This document shows, piece by piece, positions 1 to 8,346 of a DNA stretch of 64,000 nucleotides. How positions within the stretch are numbered: the first letter of the stretch is position 1; every line of letters begins with the position of its first letter. A program made the position numbers and the translations under genes. The notes below the pieces were generated by a model. The model was given only the letters and a program-made list of their open reading frames with translations. It was not told where the DNA came from and searched no databases. This stretch comes from an uncultured delta proteobacterium (GTDB taxonomy: Bacteria; Bdellovibrionota; FAC87; UBA2466): assembly GCA_963778115.1 (NCBI GenBank), contig CAVZSV010000004.1:1728001-1792000 (forward strand), written 5' to 3'.

Positions 1-642
1 GGTGAAGATCCGGCCATAAAAGCTACTAAAGCGAAAACCTCGTTGGTATTCGAATTTTTCGATGGCCCTAAACAGCTCTTCCAAGCCTTCACTGAGCGCT
101 TCCGGTAAGTCCGAGGCATATCGATTGACGAGACTTTTAACTAAAAGCGTATTAGCGACTATGGCATGGTTTCGAATGTTTTCTGCTTCAGCAAGTTCGT
201 TTTCAATGACGGCAGCCCCCCTCGCCGTTCGAAGCTTCACGTCAACACGAGCTGCCTCAATTCGAGTGACGGCCCAAAATTTCAAGTAATTCATCCGGGC
301 AAAAAGCGCTTGTTCCTCTCCCGCGGTGAGAAGTTCAGTATCATAAAGTCCACTCACTTCCGCTTGTCGGCCCGTGGTCTCCCTGGGCAATTTCCCGAAC
401 GCACTTAGGATTAATTCGTCTCTACAGATTCTAAAGCGGTTATCCGCATCTTCAGCGGTAAATTCCTCGCCGGGTCGAAACGAGATCGATAGATCTAATA
501 GCACTTTCCAACGAGCATTAAGGACACTTTGAGCTATAGCTTGCTGACTTAAGATACGTCGAACCTCGCCAGGGGTTGGCTCTGAAAAGGCGTGCGACGA
601 TAGAGCTATCGCGGCGAAATAGGCTAAGAGCCCCAAACGCAT
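1..642 (-). CDS. sigma-70 family-like protein with predicted N-terminal signal peptide (partial; 3' end outside the window)
   Basis: Manual translation of an open frame 642->1 (alternative TTG at 648; AAGGAGG at 660-654): MRLGLLAYFAAIALSSHAFSEPT...LYDTELLTAGEEQALFARMNYLK...IRNHAIVANTLLVKSLVNRY...EALSEGLEELFRAIEKFEYQRGFRFSSF. Matches sigma-70 regions 1.2 and 2.1-2.3. Missing from the ORF track because there is no stop in the window. Confidence 0.8.
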   Translation of the reverse strand, partial: MRLGLLAYFAAIALSSHAFSEPTPGEVRRILSQQAIAQSVLNARWKVLLDLSISFRPGEEFTAEDADNRFRICRDELILSAFGKLPRETTGRQAEVSGLYDTELLTAGEEQALFARMNYLKFWAVTRIEAARVDVKLRTARGAAVIENELAEAENIRNHAIVANTLLVKSLVNRYASDLPEALSEGLEELFRAIEKFEYQRGFRFSSFYGRIFT

Positions 643-694
643 TCCCAACGCTTCCTCCTTAGGGGAAAAGTCATCTCTTTTTCAAAGGGTCTCG

Positions 695-1138
695 TCAAGA
701 GAGTGACGAGTGCGGTTTTAGATGAGCAGAATCCGGTCCCTCGTCGTCATACCTAGGTAGCGAGTCCGAGGTCTCAAACCAGGACACCCGACTTTGGCAC
801 CATATATGGTAGTCGGGACTAATCGAGTGCGGCTCTTGGATCGTCGACAGGGTTACATCAATGGTATCCGGTTCGTCAGCCACTCGCAGAGTAAGCGGAG
901 TTCCACACGCCGGACAAAATTGCCTAACTCCGCGATCTGACGTCGAGAAAGTAGAGGGGTTTCCTGAGAGGAACCGAAAATCTTTTCTCCAAAACGTCGA
1001 CCATACGACGACGGGCGCCCCGCAAGTTCGCTGGCATACCTTACAATGGCAGTATCCGGTATCGATAGGATCCCCTTCGATAAAGTACCGGCAATCTCCA
1101 CACCAACAGGAACCTTCATAGCTTTTCATGTCTTCCAA
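695..1138 (-). CDS. GFA / CENP-V family protein
   Basis: GSCWCG, CHCKVCQR and RQFCPACGTPL zinc motifs; GAGGAGGAGG upstream; alternative ATG at 1129. Confidence 0.9.
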   Translation of the reverse strand: MEDMKSYEGSCWCGDCRYFIEGDPIDTGYCHCKVCQRTCGAPVVVWSTFWRKDFRFLSGNPSTFSTSDRGVRQFCPACGTPLTLRVADEPDTIDVTLSTIQEPHSISPDYHIWCQSRVSWFETSDSLPRYDDEGPDSAHLKPHSSLS

Positions 1139-1192
1139 GGCCTCCTCCTCGGCTATTTGCGGGGCTTGCTAGTTAGAAAAGAAAGTAAGATG

Positions 1193-1266
1193 CGCGCCAG
1201 GCAGGAGTCGAACCTGCGACCCTCAGATTCGTAGTCTGATACTCTATCCAACTGAGCTACTGGCGC
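1193..1266 (-). tRNA. tRNA-Arg(ACG), CCA not encoded
   Basis: Reverse complement GCGCCAGTAGCTCAGTTGGATAGAGTATCAGACTACGAATCTGAGGGTCGCAGGTTCGACTCCTGCCTGGCGCG: 7-bp acceptor stem, anticodon arm TCAGA-CTACGAA-TCTGA, T-loop GGTTCGA. Confidence 0.97.
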
Positions 1267-1323
1267 ATTGAAGGCTTTTCAGCGGTTTCAGACAATACAC
1301 GATAGTCAGCCTATTCACAAAGT

Positions 1324-2187
1324 CTAATGAATCGCCTGTATTAATGCCTTAAAGTAAGGGGCCATTTGGGGTCTGGGATACCACGCCAACGCACAATCGG
1401 ATTTGAGGCCCCCCGAAGGATGAAGGGGGATAAGCTCTCCCGTCTGAAAATAGGAGCTGGCAATTTCTTCTAATAGGGTTCCATATCCTAACCCTTCTTT
1501 GAGAAGCCTCACCAGTGCTGAATTGTTATTAACGAAATGCCTTTCCTTTTGAACTTGGTCTAGCCATCCATACTTCTCTAAATACTCATGGGTCGTCCGA
1601 TCGGTAGGATCGAAATCGATAATCCGTTCGCTCTTAATGACCTCTTTGATGTGTCGCCCCTTCCACCGCTTGGTCCCGGCCAATACATAGCGTTCCGGAC
1701 GTAGTAGCTTACTGTCCATCTCTTTAGCGACCAGCTTTCTTGGGACTATCGCAAATTCAGCCCTACCCGCTCTTAAATCATCGATGCGACTCTCCAAATC
1801 ATTGGCGTTCAACGTCATCACAAGTTGGGGGTAGGTTTTTAGCAAGGGGGCCAATTGCGAAACGACCCGTGATTCCAAAAGGCTCGTGGACCCGGTCAAT
1901 CGGCAGCGTGCCTCCGTCAATTTTCCTGGACTTTGAATCCTAGCTAAGACCTCCCCCTCTAAGTCTTTGGTGGACTGGCAGTAACGTAAGAGTGATTCTC
2001 CTTCCGCGGTGAGTTTCATCCCTCGCCGTGAGCGGGTGAAAAGCGTAGTGGAGAGACTAGACTCTAGAGCCCTGAGCCTTTGCGTCACTCCGGTTTGGGT
2101 AAGGCCTAATTCTCTAGCGGCCCCATGCACCGTCCCGTTCTTCGCAACCGCCGAAAACGCTTCTAATGTTGGACTTAGTAAACTCAT
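1324..2187 (-). CDS. LysR family transcriptional regulator (ArgP-like)
   Basis: N-terminal HTH AFSAVAKNGTVHGAARELGLTQTGVTQRLRALE...LFTRSRRGMKLTAEG; 287 aa. Confidence 0.93.
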   Translation of the reverse strand: MSLLSPTLEAFSAVAKNGTVHGAARELGLTQTGVTQRLRALESSLSTTLFTRSRRGMKLTAEGESLLRYCQSTKDLEGEVLARIQSPGKLTEARCRLTGSTSLLESRVVSQLAPLLKTYPQLVMTLNANDLESRIDDLRAGRAEFAIVPRKLVAKEMDSKLLRPERYVLAGTKRWKGRHIKEVIKSERIIDFDPTDRTTHEYLEKYGWLDQVQKERHFVNNNSALVRLLKEGLGYGTLLEEIASSYFQTGELIPLHPSGGLKSDCALAWYPRPQMAPYFKALIQAIH

Positions 2188-2192
2188 TAATT

Positions 2193-2217
2193 TTCATTAA
2201 TAAATCAATTTAATGAA
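2193..2217. promoter_or_regulatory. candidate LysR binding site in the divergent promoter
   Basis: TTCATTAA-N9-TTAATGAA inverted repeat in the AT-rich spacer between the LysR and peroxidase genes. Confidence 0.5.
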
Positions 2218-2283
2218 TTATCAACTTTAATTAACTCTGAGCATATTCAAATCAACCGGCGATAGCCGTGGTTTGGGGGGATA

Positions 2284-3261
2284 ATGAGATTTTTTATTCT
2301 TTTTAATCTTACATTAATTTTTTGCCTTAATAGCCAGGCAAGCCCCTATCTTTTCGAACCGCTTCCCCCGCTACCTCCTATTCCAACCGATAATCCTCAG
2401 ACTCCCAGCAAAATCCATTTAGGAGCTCAACTCTTTTATGACGCTAGAATCTCCAAGAACGGGCAAGTGGCCTGCACCACTTGCCACTACGTCGCAGGTT
2501 CCGGAGAAAACAACCTCTCCTTCTCGGTAAAACCCAATGGCAAGCATAGCCTGCACACCGTTCCTACGGTCTGGAACGCAGCTTATCTGAATCGCTTTTT
2601 CTGGTACGGTTCGGCGAAAAGTCTAGAGGAGCAGGTCTTGGGTCCTCTTGAAGAGATGGGAGGGGGAGACTTAGATGAAATCACAAAACGGGTCTCCGCC
2701 ATTGCGGGCTACCTCCGCGAGTTCAAGGAGGTATTTCCCGGTGAACGTGTCAATATGACCAATATCGCTCGTTCCATTGCCTCTTATGAAAGAACCCTCG
2801 TTACTTCCGATAGCCCGTACGATCACTTCCTTAAAGGAGACGAGGGCGCCATCAGTCCTGCTGCCGTTCAAGGACTTGCGATCTTTGAGAGCATCGGCTG
2901 TGTCTCCTGCCATTCCGGCCCGATGTTAGATGGAGCCAACCGATTTGAAAAATTTCCTCGTTTTCAAGGCAACACTTTTGAAGCCCAGTACCATCTCACT
3001 GACGATCCGGGCCGATGGAATGAGACTAACCAAGAAGCGGATCGCTCGATGTGGCGAGTACCGTCGCTTAGAAACATAGCCCTTACGGCTCCTTACTTTC
3101 ACAACGGTTCCGTTGCTACTTTAGAGCAAGCCATTCGCGTAATGGCCAAGACTCAACTCAATCAGGATCTCTGCGACGAGGAGGTGAGCAAAATCACGGC
3201 CTTTCTCAATTCGCTCACGGGAAAATTTCCCGAACTGTGGCTTCCCCGCCTTCCCCGTTAG
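2284..3261 (+). CDS. di-haem cytochrome c peroxidase
   Basis: Signal peptide; CTTCH and CVSCH; DNPQT..KIHLGAQLFYDARIS; RVPSLRNIALTAPYFHNG; RVMAKTQL. Confidence 0.92.
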   Translation: MRFFILFNLTLIFCLNSQASPYLFEPLPPLPPIPTDNPQTPSKIHLGAQLFYDARISKNGQVACTTCHYVAGSGENNLSFSVKPNGKHSLHTVPTVWNAAYLNRFFWYGSAKSLEEQVLGPLEEMGGGDLDEITKRVSAIAGYLREFKEVFPGERVNMTNIARSIASYERTLVTSDSPYDHFLKGDEGAISPAAVQGLAIFESIGCVSCHSGPMLDGANRFEKFPRFQGNTFEAQYHLTDDPGRWNETNQEADRSMWRVPSLRNIALTAPYFHNGSVATLEQAIRVMAKTQLNQDLCDEEVSKITAFLNSLTGKFPELWLPRLPR

Positions 3262-3315
3262 CGGATTTTGGCTTCCCCTCAAGTACTTGAAATAAGGTGA
3301 GTAAATATGCGTCTC

Positions 3316-3344
3316 TTGACACGCTGTGTTATTTATTTTACAAA
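3316..3344 (+). promoter_or_regulatory. putative sigma-70 promoter
   Basis: TTGACA-N17-TACAAA upstream of the Gly/Tyr-rich gene. Confidence 0.45.
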
Positions 3345-3508
3345 CGATTCGCAATCGGATCTCATGGGGTGCGGGATTAGTGAAATCTTTCGCTAATTTC
3401 AAAAATGGGTTGAGCACAAGGGGTCTTCCATTGGGAGGTTTCCGATTGATTTAGTCTGAATGGTGATTATGTATTGTGTTAAACGAGAGGCCCATGGAGG
3501 GAAATACT

Positions 3509-4252
3509 ATGTGGTCAAATAAGCTGATGTTCAGTGTCGCTTCCGTGAGCTTGGTGCTCTCGGCAGCATTATTTAATTCAACCAGTTTCGCCGGCGAAGC
3601 CGACGAACGTGTGGCGGCCAGTCAATCTCTTCCTGCGAAACCAGGGGAAGCAATTGGCGTGATCATGGATATCGATACCGACGGTTCGCCGATCATGAAG
3701 CCCTATATGTTGGAAACGGTCCCCGAGGAAAATAAGTCCGCGAAGGTGTATCAAGAGATGGTGCTACAACTTCAGAAGTCGATTGAGACTCTAACGGGAA
3801 AAGAAAAAGAAGCTGCGCAAGCCAAACTCGCCGAGCTTAATCCTAGGAAGGACAAGGCGGTAGCGGCACTTCGTGACGCCATTGAAAAAACTGGCGATAA
3901 GATGGGTGAATTTACCCGTCCGGCCGTTGGATCGCAGGAAGCCGACGAACGAGGCTCTAAAGAACAATGGCATGGTGGCTGGTACGGTGGTTACGGCCGC
4001 GGATTCGGATTCGCGTACGGATACGGCCGATTGGGCTATGGTTACGGATTCGGCATCGGTTACCGCGGCTACGGCTATGGTGGTTACGGCTACGGTGGCT
4101 ACGGCTATCCCTGCTACTACCCATACTACGGCTATGCTAGCTACTATCCGTACGCTTATGGTTATGGCTACGGCGGATACGGCGGCTATGGCTACGGCGG
4201 ATACGGCGGCTATGGCATGTACGGCGTCGGAATGTACGGCGGATACATCTAA
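3509..4252 (+). CDS. secreted protein with charged pro-region and Gly/Tyr-rich C-terminal core
   Basis: GGAGG then ATG at 3509; signal peptide ending SFA; C-terminal ~90 aa almost only G/Y with GYGGY repeats; downstream hairpin. Confidence 0.85.
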   Translation: MWSNKLMFSVASVSLVLSAALFNSTSFAGEADERVAASQSLPAKPGEAIGVIMDIDTDGSPIMKPYMLETVPEENKSAKVYQEMVLQLQKSIETLTGKEKEAAQAKLAELNPRKDKAVAALRDAIEKTGDKMGEFTRPAVGSQEADERGSKEQWHGGWYGGYGRGFGFAYGYGRLGYGYGFGIGYRGYGYGGYGYGGYGYPCYYPYYGYASYYPYAYGYGYGGYGGYGYGGYGGYGMYGVGMYGGYI

Positions 4253-4284
4253 GAAGCAACTCGCCTGAGTAAGAGAAGTTTTAA

Positions 4285-4320
4285 GAGGGCTTCTCCCGAT
4301 GGGGGAAGCCCTCCTATTTA
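4285..4320 (+). terminator. putative intrinsic terminator
   Basis: GAGGGCTTCTCCC / GGGGGAAGCCCTC stem with a short loop and weak T tail. Confidence 0.6.
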
Positions 4321-4411
4321 GTCAAAAGGTTTTGTAATAAGTTTTGCGCGCCCACCGATAGAAGACAAATTCGTTTTGAAGAAAAAAAGTAGTTGTTGGA
4401 GGAAGTCCGTC

Positions 4412-6565
4412 ATGTGGAAGTGGATGAAAGTGTCTGTGGCGCTATTGGCGATGTTTAATAACGTACTGCTTGCGGTTGATCCCGATCTCATCACGATTAA
4501 CTATCAAGATGATACGAAAAAGCAGTTGGGAATCGACAAATATCCTTTTTCACCAGCCTTAGTGACACTCTCCGTGGCCGTCCTAGATAACGGCTTTGGC
4601 CCCAAAGATGATTTAAAGCGTTTCTTACCTGAAGCGGAACTTATCGATCTCTCTCTTAAAGATGGAGAGGGAAACAAATGGCCGAAAGAGCAGAGAGGAA
4701 ATTCTCTTAGCACTGCCACTCACGGCCGCATCATGGCTCAGACCTTCTCCACCTACTCCGGCATTACCAACGTGAAGCTAGTGAATGCGAATGGTTCCAC
4801 GAATCTGGCTCATGCGCTTGATTGGTGTATTGCGCACGGGGTGAAGATAATTCTCTACGCCCAGAGCTGGGAGTTCGGCACGAATCGCGATGGAACCGGT
4901 TTCATCGATCGGCTTTTCCAGAAAGCACTCGACGCAGGCATCATCGTAATCGCTGCCGCGGGTAATTACGAAGGCAAGACTTATAACGGCAAGGTCATTA
5001 CTCGAGATGACGGCTGGTTGCAATTAAAAGACGAAAAAAACATGTGCTTGAAAGTGAAAAGCAACGTCGATGACAATAAAGTAAAGATAGAGCTCACTTG
5101 GAATGACTTCAAGTCCACTGAAACGGGAGGAACGAACAAAGACTTAGATCTGTATCTCTTCGACGAAGATATGAAGCATGTCATTGCTGCAAGCAAGAAG
5201 AAGCAGATTCCTGGCAATATTCCTCGCGAAAAAGGAAGCAACCAAACTTACTTCGCCGACGAAGCTATCGAATTCGATTATCAGAGAACTTCACAAGGGC
5301 CCGATGACTCGGTCAGAACCTCAACCCCTTCGACGGAATCGGAAACGGCTCTTTCATCGCCCGCTGAAGAAGTACCGGCCAATAAAGCGGACGTAGCGGA
5401 ATCGACGCCACCTGCACCGACGACGACTGAAGCACTACCGGCGCAGAAACCGGAGGTCGCTAAAACGACTCCTCCGCCTCCCGGACCTGGAACGGAAACG
5501 GCAAAGAACGCAACTGAGGCGCCTGCAATCGTGGCTCCGTCCGGAGTCGCTCCTGCGCCTGATGCTCCGCCCGCTACTCTGATCGACGATACCAAAGTGT
5601 CAGTGAAGACGGTCGACGAAGCAAATGCGGGCACAAAGACCTCTACTACCGATGAAAAACCGTTCCGGCTTCGCAAGAACACAGACAAAGGTTTTTACTA
5701 CGTCTGCGCCTATAACAACTCGAAAAATTTTAAATCCAACGATCGCATCACGATTACGGTTATTGAAACAAAGGAGCCCGTGCAAAGACATCGCCGGTCT
5801 CCCAAAGTTCCTGCCGTTCAGTTCATTGATGCTACGAAGGGCAAATCTATCTTTGCCCCGGCGGATGACCCACGGGTGATCGCTATCGGCAACACCAAGG
5901 ACTATTCGAGTGTGGGCCCCACGTTTGCCAATTTGACAAAGCCGGACGGTATTTTGGATATCGCCGAGACCATGACTTCGGACGGTTACGTCACTGAAGG
6001 ATCGTCAAACTCTTCAGCCTATTTTGCGGCACAAGTCGCTCGTATGATGTCTCAACGGCCTGATCTAACGGCCATTATGCTCCTCGATAAATTGAAGAAG
6101 CTACGAGAAGAGCCGCAAAATGCGGATGGAATCAAGTCGATTTCGCTCGCTGATTTCTCCAATGCTAGCATCGACAACCGCGCTGCCCTCGATATCGTCA
6201 CGCGCAATAACGGAAACCAAAAGCCGTTATTGGCTGGGCGTTATCCAGACGGACGCTATGTGCTAGCCACTAGTGTAGCGCCGCTCGATTTGGGAATCGG
6301 CACGGACACCTTATTTCCCCAGCCGAAGGAATCGGAGTCGGGAATGAATCTGAGGTACTTCTTGAAGGAGTCTCAAAAAGACATTGCATTTGATGCCGCC
6401 GCAGGCAAGTTCCACGGTGAAATCTTCTTTACCGGCTACACCAGGAAAAAGGTCGAGGACGGCGATGACGTCGATACCGTGCCTATTAACGATATCGAAG
6501 TCAGACAAGCACGCTATGGAAGCGTCTTTGTCGCTCCGACCCCCGACGAATTGGCGAAATGGTAG
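4412..6565 (+). CDS. secreted S8 (subtilisin-like) serine peptidase with large insertion
   Basis: VAVLDNGF (Asp), THGRIMA (His), AAAGN (oxyanion Asn), EGSSNSSAYFAA (Ser); GGAGG before ATG 4412; Pro/Thr/Ala/Glu-rich insert. Confidence 0.8.
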   Translation: MWKWMKVSVALLAMFNNVLLAVDPDLITINYQDDTKKQLGIDKYPFSPALVTLSVAVLDNGFGPKDDLKRFLPEAELIDLSLKDGEGNKWPKEQRGNSLSTATHGRIMAQTFSTYSGITNVKLVNANGSTNLAHALDWCIAHGVKIILYAQSWEFGTNRDGTGFIDRLFQKALDAGIIVIAAAGNYEGKTYNGKVITRDDGWLQLKDEKNMCLKVKSNVDDNKVKIELTWNDFKSTETGGTNKDLDLYLFDEDMKHVIAASKKKQIPGNIPREKGSNQTYFADEAIEFDYQRTSQGPDDSVRTSTPSTESETALSSPAEEVPANKADVAESTPPAPTTTEALPAQKPEVAKTTPPPPGPGTETAKNATEAPAIVAPSGVAPAPDAPPATLIDDTKVSVKTVDEANAGTKTSTTDEKPFRLRKNTDKGFYYVCAYNNSKNFKSNDRITITVIETKEPVQRHRRSPKVPAVQFIDATKGKSIFAPADDPRVIAIGNTKDYSSVGPTFANLTKPDGILDIAETMTSDGYVTEGSSNSSAYFAAQVARMMSQRPDLTAIMLLDKLKKLREEPQNADGIKSISLADFSNASIDNRAALDIVTRNNGNQKPLLAGRYPDGRYVLATSVAPLDLGIGTDTLFPQPKESESGMNLRYFLKESQKDIAFDAAAGKFHGEIFFTGYTRKKVEDGDDVDTVPINDIEVRQARYGSVFVAPTPDELAKW

Positions 6566-6597
6566 CGTGAGCAGTAAAAACCCGGTAATAAAAGCTC

Positions 6598-7107
6598 ATG
6601 CTTTTATCTCCCGAACAGATAGCGACGTTCATGGAGCGGGCACTTCACTTGGCAGGCCTTGCGGCTGAAAAAGATGAAGTTCCCGTAGGTGCTCTGCTGG
6701 TGCGCGACCACCAAGTTATTGGCGAAGGGTTCAACCTGAGAGAATCCTCTCAGCGAACCCTAAGCCATGCGGAGCTAATGGCTCTAGAGTCTTACAATCG
6801 GAAACATTCCCAATGGCGAGTGCCCCCAGAAACTAGCCTTTTCGTCACGGCCGAACCTTGTCTGATGTGTACGGGCGCCCTGTTATGGGCCCGGGTAGAT
6901 CGAATCTATTACGGCTGCCGAGACACCAAAAACGCAGGTATCAGCCGCATTTGGGACCTTATTCAAACAGGCGTCTACGATCACCGCTTTGCCGAGGTGC
7001 GGGGCGGAATACTGGCCGATCGTTGCGCTTCGCTGCTTAGTGGGTATTTTCGCGGCAAACGATCCCACCCCTCGCCTATCGCTGAGCCACGAAGTCCCGT
7101 GGCATAA
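6598..7107 (+). CDS. tadA: tRNA adenosine(34) deaminase
   Basis: FMERAL..A..DEVPVGA, SHAE, TAEPCLMCTGA motifs. Confidence 0.85.
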   Translation: MLLSPEQIATFMERALHLAGLAAEKDEVPVGALLVRDHQVIGEGFNLRESSQRTLSHAELMALESYNRKHSQWRVPPETSLFVTAEPCLMCTGALLWARVDRIYYGCRDTKNAGISRIWDLIQTGVYDHRFAEVRGGILADRCASLLSGYFRGKRSHPSPIAEPRSPVA

Positions 7108-7115
7108 CCGTTGCA
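7100..7115 (+). promoter_or_regulatory. putative sigma-54 (-24/-12) promoter
   Basis: TGGCATAACCGTTGCA: GG-N10-GC, overlaps the tadA stop, upstream of the site-2 protease gene. Confidence 0.6.
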
Positions 7116-7151
7116 TTTTAAATCTCTATTCACTGGTCCGAGGAGGTTCGC

Positions 7152-8345
7152 GTGCCCACCCAAAGACAGCTTTCTCTTTTTTCTCTTTTTCGATTCAAAG
7201 TAGCGCTCGATATTACATGGTTTCTCATCGCGTGGCTCGTAACCTGGTCCTTAGCTAAAGGACTTTTTCCTTATAGCCATCCGGGCTATCCCAACGGGAC
7301 TTATTGGCTGATGGGGTTAGTCTCGGCGATGGGGCTTTTTGCTTCGATCTTATTCCACGAGGTCTGTCATGCGCTGGTAGCAAGGCAAAACGGCCTCCAA
7401 GTCAATCGAATCACTCTTTTTTTGTTTGGCGGAGTGTCCGAACTTCATGAAGAGCCCCTGAGCCCGAAATCGGAATGGCGAATGGCCTCGGTGGGGCCTT
7501 TGTTTAGTTTCGTCTTGGGAGCCGTCTTGGGAGGAATTTACCTGCTGGCGCATAAATGGAATTGGTCTATCCCTGTTCAAGTCGTCATCATGTATTTGGC
7601 CGGAATGAACGTTCTGCTCGCCCTATTTAATCTCATCCCGGCCTTTCCGCTGGATGGCGGGAGAATTTTACGTGCCCTCCTGTGGCAGTGGAAAAAAGAC
7701 CTTACTTGGGCGACCCGTGTTGCTTCGCGAGCGGGAATTGTTTTTGGTCTGCTCTTTGCCGTTTTGGGGGTCGTCGCTTTTTTTAGCGGGAATTTCGTGG
7801 GAGGGCTTTGGTGGTTTTTTATTGGACTCTTGCTACAAGGGGCGGCCAATCGAAGTTATGAACAAGTCCTGGCTCGCGTTACCCTAGCAAAACGTACGGT
7901 CCGCGATCTGGCAAACCTACGACCGCCCACAGTACCCCCTTGGGTAACTTTAAATACCTTGGTTTACGATTACTTTATTCGACTTCGTGTTCGAGAGTTG
8001 CCCGTCCAAGAAAATGAACGCCTCTTAGGACTGGTGACTCTTAGGAGCGTAAAAGCGATCTCCCAGAGAAATTGGAATGCCGTCACCGTTCGAGATGTTT
8101 TGACTCCTGTCAGCGAGGAAAATTCCGTCGCCTCGACTGCCAGCCTTGCCGACGCTTTAAACCTTTTCAGGGGGAGCGGAAATGAGAACTTAATCGTTCT
8201 CGGGGATAACCAGAGATTAGTGGGTATGATCGCTTTACGCGATTTGATGGATTATCTTGTAGTCACTACCGAAACCGGATGTGAAGAGGTTTGCCCCGCC
8301 CCGGGAAAAACGGGAAGCGAAATCACAAGTCGTCAGTCGGCGTGA
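7152..8345 (+). CDS. site-2 protease (M50) with CBS domain pair
   Basis: HEVCH and FNLIPAFPLDGGRILRA motifs, several TM segments, C-terminal CBS-like pair; GGAGG upstream of GTG. Confidence 0.93.
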   Translation: MPTQRQLSLFSLFRFKVALDITWFLIAWLVTWSLAKGLFPYSHPGYPNGTYWLMGLVSAMGLFASILFHEVCHALVARQNGLQVNRITLFLFGGVSELHEEPLSPKSEWRMASVGPLFSFVLGAVLGGIYLLAHKWNWSIPVQVVIMYLAGMNVLLALFNLIPAFPLDGGRILRALLWQWKKDLTWATRVASRAGIVFGLLFAVLGVVAFFSGNFVGGLWWFFIGLLLQGAANRSYEQVLARVTLAKRTVRDLANLRPPTVPPWVTLNTLVYDYFIRLRVRELPVQENERLLGLVTLRSVKAISQRNWNAVTVRDVLTPVSEENSVASTASLADALNLFRGSGNENLIVLGDNQRLVGMIALRDLMDYLVVTTETGCEEVCPAPGKTGSEITSRQSA

Positions 8346-8346
8346 A

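Noticed and set aside
62..408. Plus-strand ORFs 62-289 and 166-408
   Set aside because: Antisense shadows of the sigma-like minus-strand gene, which has an RBS and family motifs
1..1266. Genomic island integrated at tRNA-Arg
   Set aside because: No integrase and no duplicated tRNA 3' end seen in the window; cannot be excluded beyond the left edge
2284..3261. MauG-like protein-modifying peroxidase
   Set aside because: The RVMAKTQL methionine fits a classical CcP haem ligand, and no amine dehydrogenase genes are nearby
3873..4268. Ala/Thr/Met-rich ORF
   Set aside because: Alternative-frame read of the Gly/Tyr codon repeats
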